From assembly GCA_964016885.1 (NCBI GenBank), contig OZ024740.1, forward strand, positions 266,290,001 to 266,354,000: DNA of 64,000 nucleotides. The letters are read 5' to 3'. Both the position numbers and the translations under genes were made by a program. Positions within the stretch are counted from its first letter, which is position 1; the number at the start of each line of letters is the position of its first letter. Source of the DNA: Eledone cirrhosa (Eukaryota). Of this stretch, positions 61,813-64,000 are shown piece by piece. The notes under the pieces were generated by a model. That model was not told the origin of the DNA, ran no database searches, and worked only from the letters and a program-made list of their open reading frames with translations.

Positions 61813-63336
61813 ACAATACACATATCTATGTTCTATTACACAGAAATTAAGCCCTATTAGAAGTTTGAATATTAAAAATAAGCATGGTAATAGTGAAAAT
61901 AATACTAATACATCTACCCAATATACATGAGGCAATAATATGATATAATTACAAGAATCACATATAACAAATAATAAACAACAAAATTATATAATTCAAT
62001 ACAATATAATAAAGTAGAATAGATAATCCCCGGTTAATTTACAGAAACAATATAGATGTCACAATGAAATACAATGATAAAATGTTAACATTATATTAAC
62101 AAGTACCATAAACAATATATACAAATTGATTCATACTGGGTTACATAATAAATGAGGAAATATAAATCATATAATACTCAAAAAAACTATAATGGTACAG
62201 GGAAAAATTGTGATGTTACAGAAAAAATATGATGTTACAGAAAAAAATATACAGACATCTAACATGATATGTAAAGTCTAAATATCATAATGTTACATAT
62301 TACAATATTAAAAAAATCCAGACATCTTACATAATATATAAAGTTTAAATATCATAATGTTATATATAATGAACGGTAAGTAATAAGGATCTATATCATA
62401 ATGTAATATATTTTAAAATTGGCATAAAATATATAAATACTTATAATTACAAGGTTAGTAGACAGACATGTGTGGATGAGTGAGCGAAGCTAGACAGTGA
62501 ATAGTAAATAGAATATAGAATAAAACAAATAAATACAATCAACCGGCAATTACAAAACAAAAGCAAATGTATACACATTTAGGCCTCGCGTGCATTAAGA
62601 AATTAGGTAAACACCAAGGAAAGCGATCATTTTAAATGACTCCAAACCCTATCTGATAAATTAATATTAAAAATATCGAACCCGTCCAATAAGGTAGTAT
62701 AATATTAGCTGTAGTTTAAGTCATTAAAGTATATAAACTTTAATGTATCATTACAAATGTTTACAAAAAGGAATAAAATTACACTATCATATACGCAACG
62801 ATATCTAAAAAACTGACTTAAGTAGAGTTAAGGTAGGCTAATGGGGACAGAATTGACAAAATATATGGAGGGTGCGAAGTGGCATAAAACATATTCGATA
62901 TACTTTAATAAATAATAGAACGGAGCATAAAAGAGGGGGGGTTAAATATAATCATATACAATCTGGAGGGGTTGACAATAAGTTTATGTGTGCATGGGGG
63001 GAAGGGGGGAGGGGGGAGAAAGGGGGGGTTCGATAGATAAATCAGAATAGACTTAGAAATAAAAATAGAATTAAAAATAAAAATAAAAATAATATTAAAA
63101 TTAAAATTAAAGTTAATAATAATAAAAAAATATAAAGATAATAATAGAATAACGTAAGTGGCGTAAAGTGTGTAATCTTATGTATACTAACAAGGTGTAA
63201 TAGTGAAGACATAGATATGGTACAGTGGCCAAATGATTATGAGAGCTAGAATGAAGAGTCATCAAAAACCAATGATAACATTAATGTTGGCAAACAAAAG
63301 AACCCAAACAAAAAACTAAGTAATGGAATATATCTG

Positions 63337-64000
63337 CTAATGGGTACAATTTGTACTACTAGAACATTTGGGTTTATAATAAAAATAAGAATTAGAAATG
63401 GCATGGGGGCAAGAAGAGAATATCTCAGACTTTCTATTCAGTAAGGGTACGCTAGAGAAAATAATAGAGTGTGTCTCAAGTATACAGAGATTACAAAACT
63501 TACTATGTGCAGAAAGGTGGTTAGATCGTGCTACTAAACTCCAGTTAAGGCTATATGGTATATAAGCTCCCTTAAGATCCCAGATATAATGCGCTAGAGA
63601 GGTAGAATTCTTAAACCTAACATGTTTGAAGTTAGAGATATGAGAGTTAAACCTAGTCTTAAAAGTGTTTGAAGTAGATCCTATATACGTTCTTTTAGAG
63701 GAATTAGTTATAACCTCGCAAGCATAGACAGTGTTCTTAGAAAGGCAGTTAACGTTTAGAGGGCAGTTAGCACTCACTCTACAATTGCACTTCCGGGTGT
63801 TATTGGTTGGCTCGAGTGGTGATGTATTGCACATAGGACCTCTATTAGATAAGGACTGTTCTGGTGGTAAAGCATTGTCCGATGCATTCAGACTAGTAGT
63901 ATGTAGAGAGGAGAATCCATCCCTAATTTTCCTATTATTAGTGCTAGCTAAATGAGAACTAATATTAGGGGTGGTAGAGAATGAGAGTTTAATAACATTT
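63337..64000 (-). CDS. PLE ORF C-terminus: CxCx5C linker + GIY-YIG endonuclease (partial; reading frame upstream of 63834 not verified)
   Basis: CNCRVSANCPLNVNC, TVY...YIGST...FKTRFNSH, TSLAHYIW, CNLC.LE, LLNRKSE. Confidence 0.82.
   Translation of the reverse strand, partial: NVIKLSFSTTPNISSHLASTNNRKIRDGFSSLHTTSLNASDNALPPEQSLSNRGPMCNTSPLEPTNNTRKCNCRVSANCPLNVNCLSKNTVYACEVITNSSKRTYIGSTSNTFKTRFNSHISNFKHVRFKNSTSLAHYIWDLKGAYIPYSLNWSLVARSNHLSAHSKFCNLCILETHSIIFSSVPLLNRKSEIFSSCPHAISNSYFYYKPKCSSSTNCTH

Larger units (their letters stand above)
61343..64000 (-). mobile_element. Penelope-like element (Naiad-like), continuing beyond the window; ~2-kb AT-rich 3' region ending in a hammerhead and (AT)n
   Basis: GIY-YIG ORF at 63337 onward and a hammerhead at 61390 on the same strand; that they belong to one element is inferred. 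Confidence 0.7.

Overview
This is AT-rich, microsatellite-saturated animal DNA with no recognisable host gene. The tRNA-head SINEs and the repeat landscape suggest a mollusc, probably octopus (inference). Nearly everything identifiable is retrotransposon-derived. (1) Seven copies of an L1/Tx1-clade LINE group lie at 20.5-47.1 kb. Every copy is joined at its 3' end directly to a (TATC)n microsatellite in the same polarity, with no poly(A) tail. Six form a head-to-tail train separated by (GATA)n spacers. One full-length copy has both ORFs intact and another has an intact ORF2. This looks like a (GATA)n-specific retrotransposon family and is the best candidate for an undescribed system. (2) Many Penelope-like element (PLE) remnants abut (AT)n tracts. 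They carry about a dozen minimal type-I hammerhead ribozyme motifs, several inside long palindromes. (3) There are also degraded RTE, CRE and R4/Dong-like LINEs, Deu/Nin-domain-like SINEs with TSDs, and a hAT-like MITE. One RTE ORF is broken by a (TA)n tract flanked by a 6-bp duplication. All calls come from reading motifs by eye; boundaries are approximate to a few bases, and novelty relative to Repbase/Dfam could not be checked.
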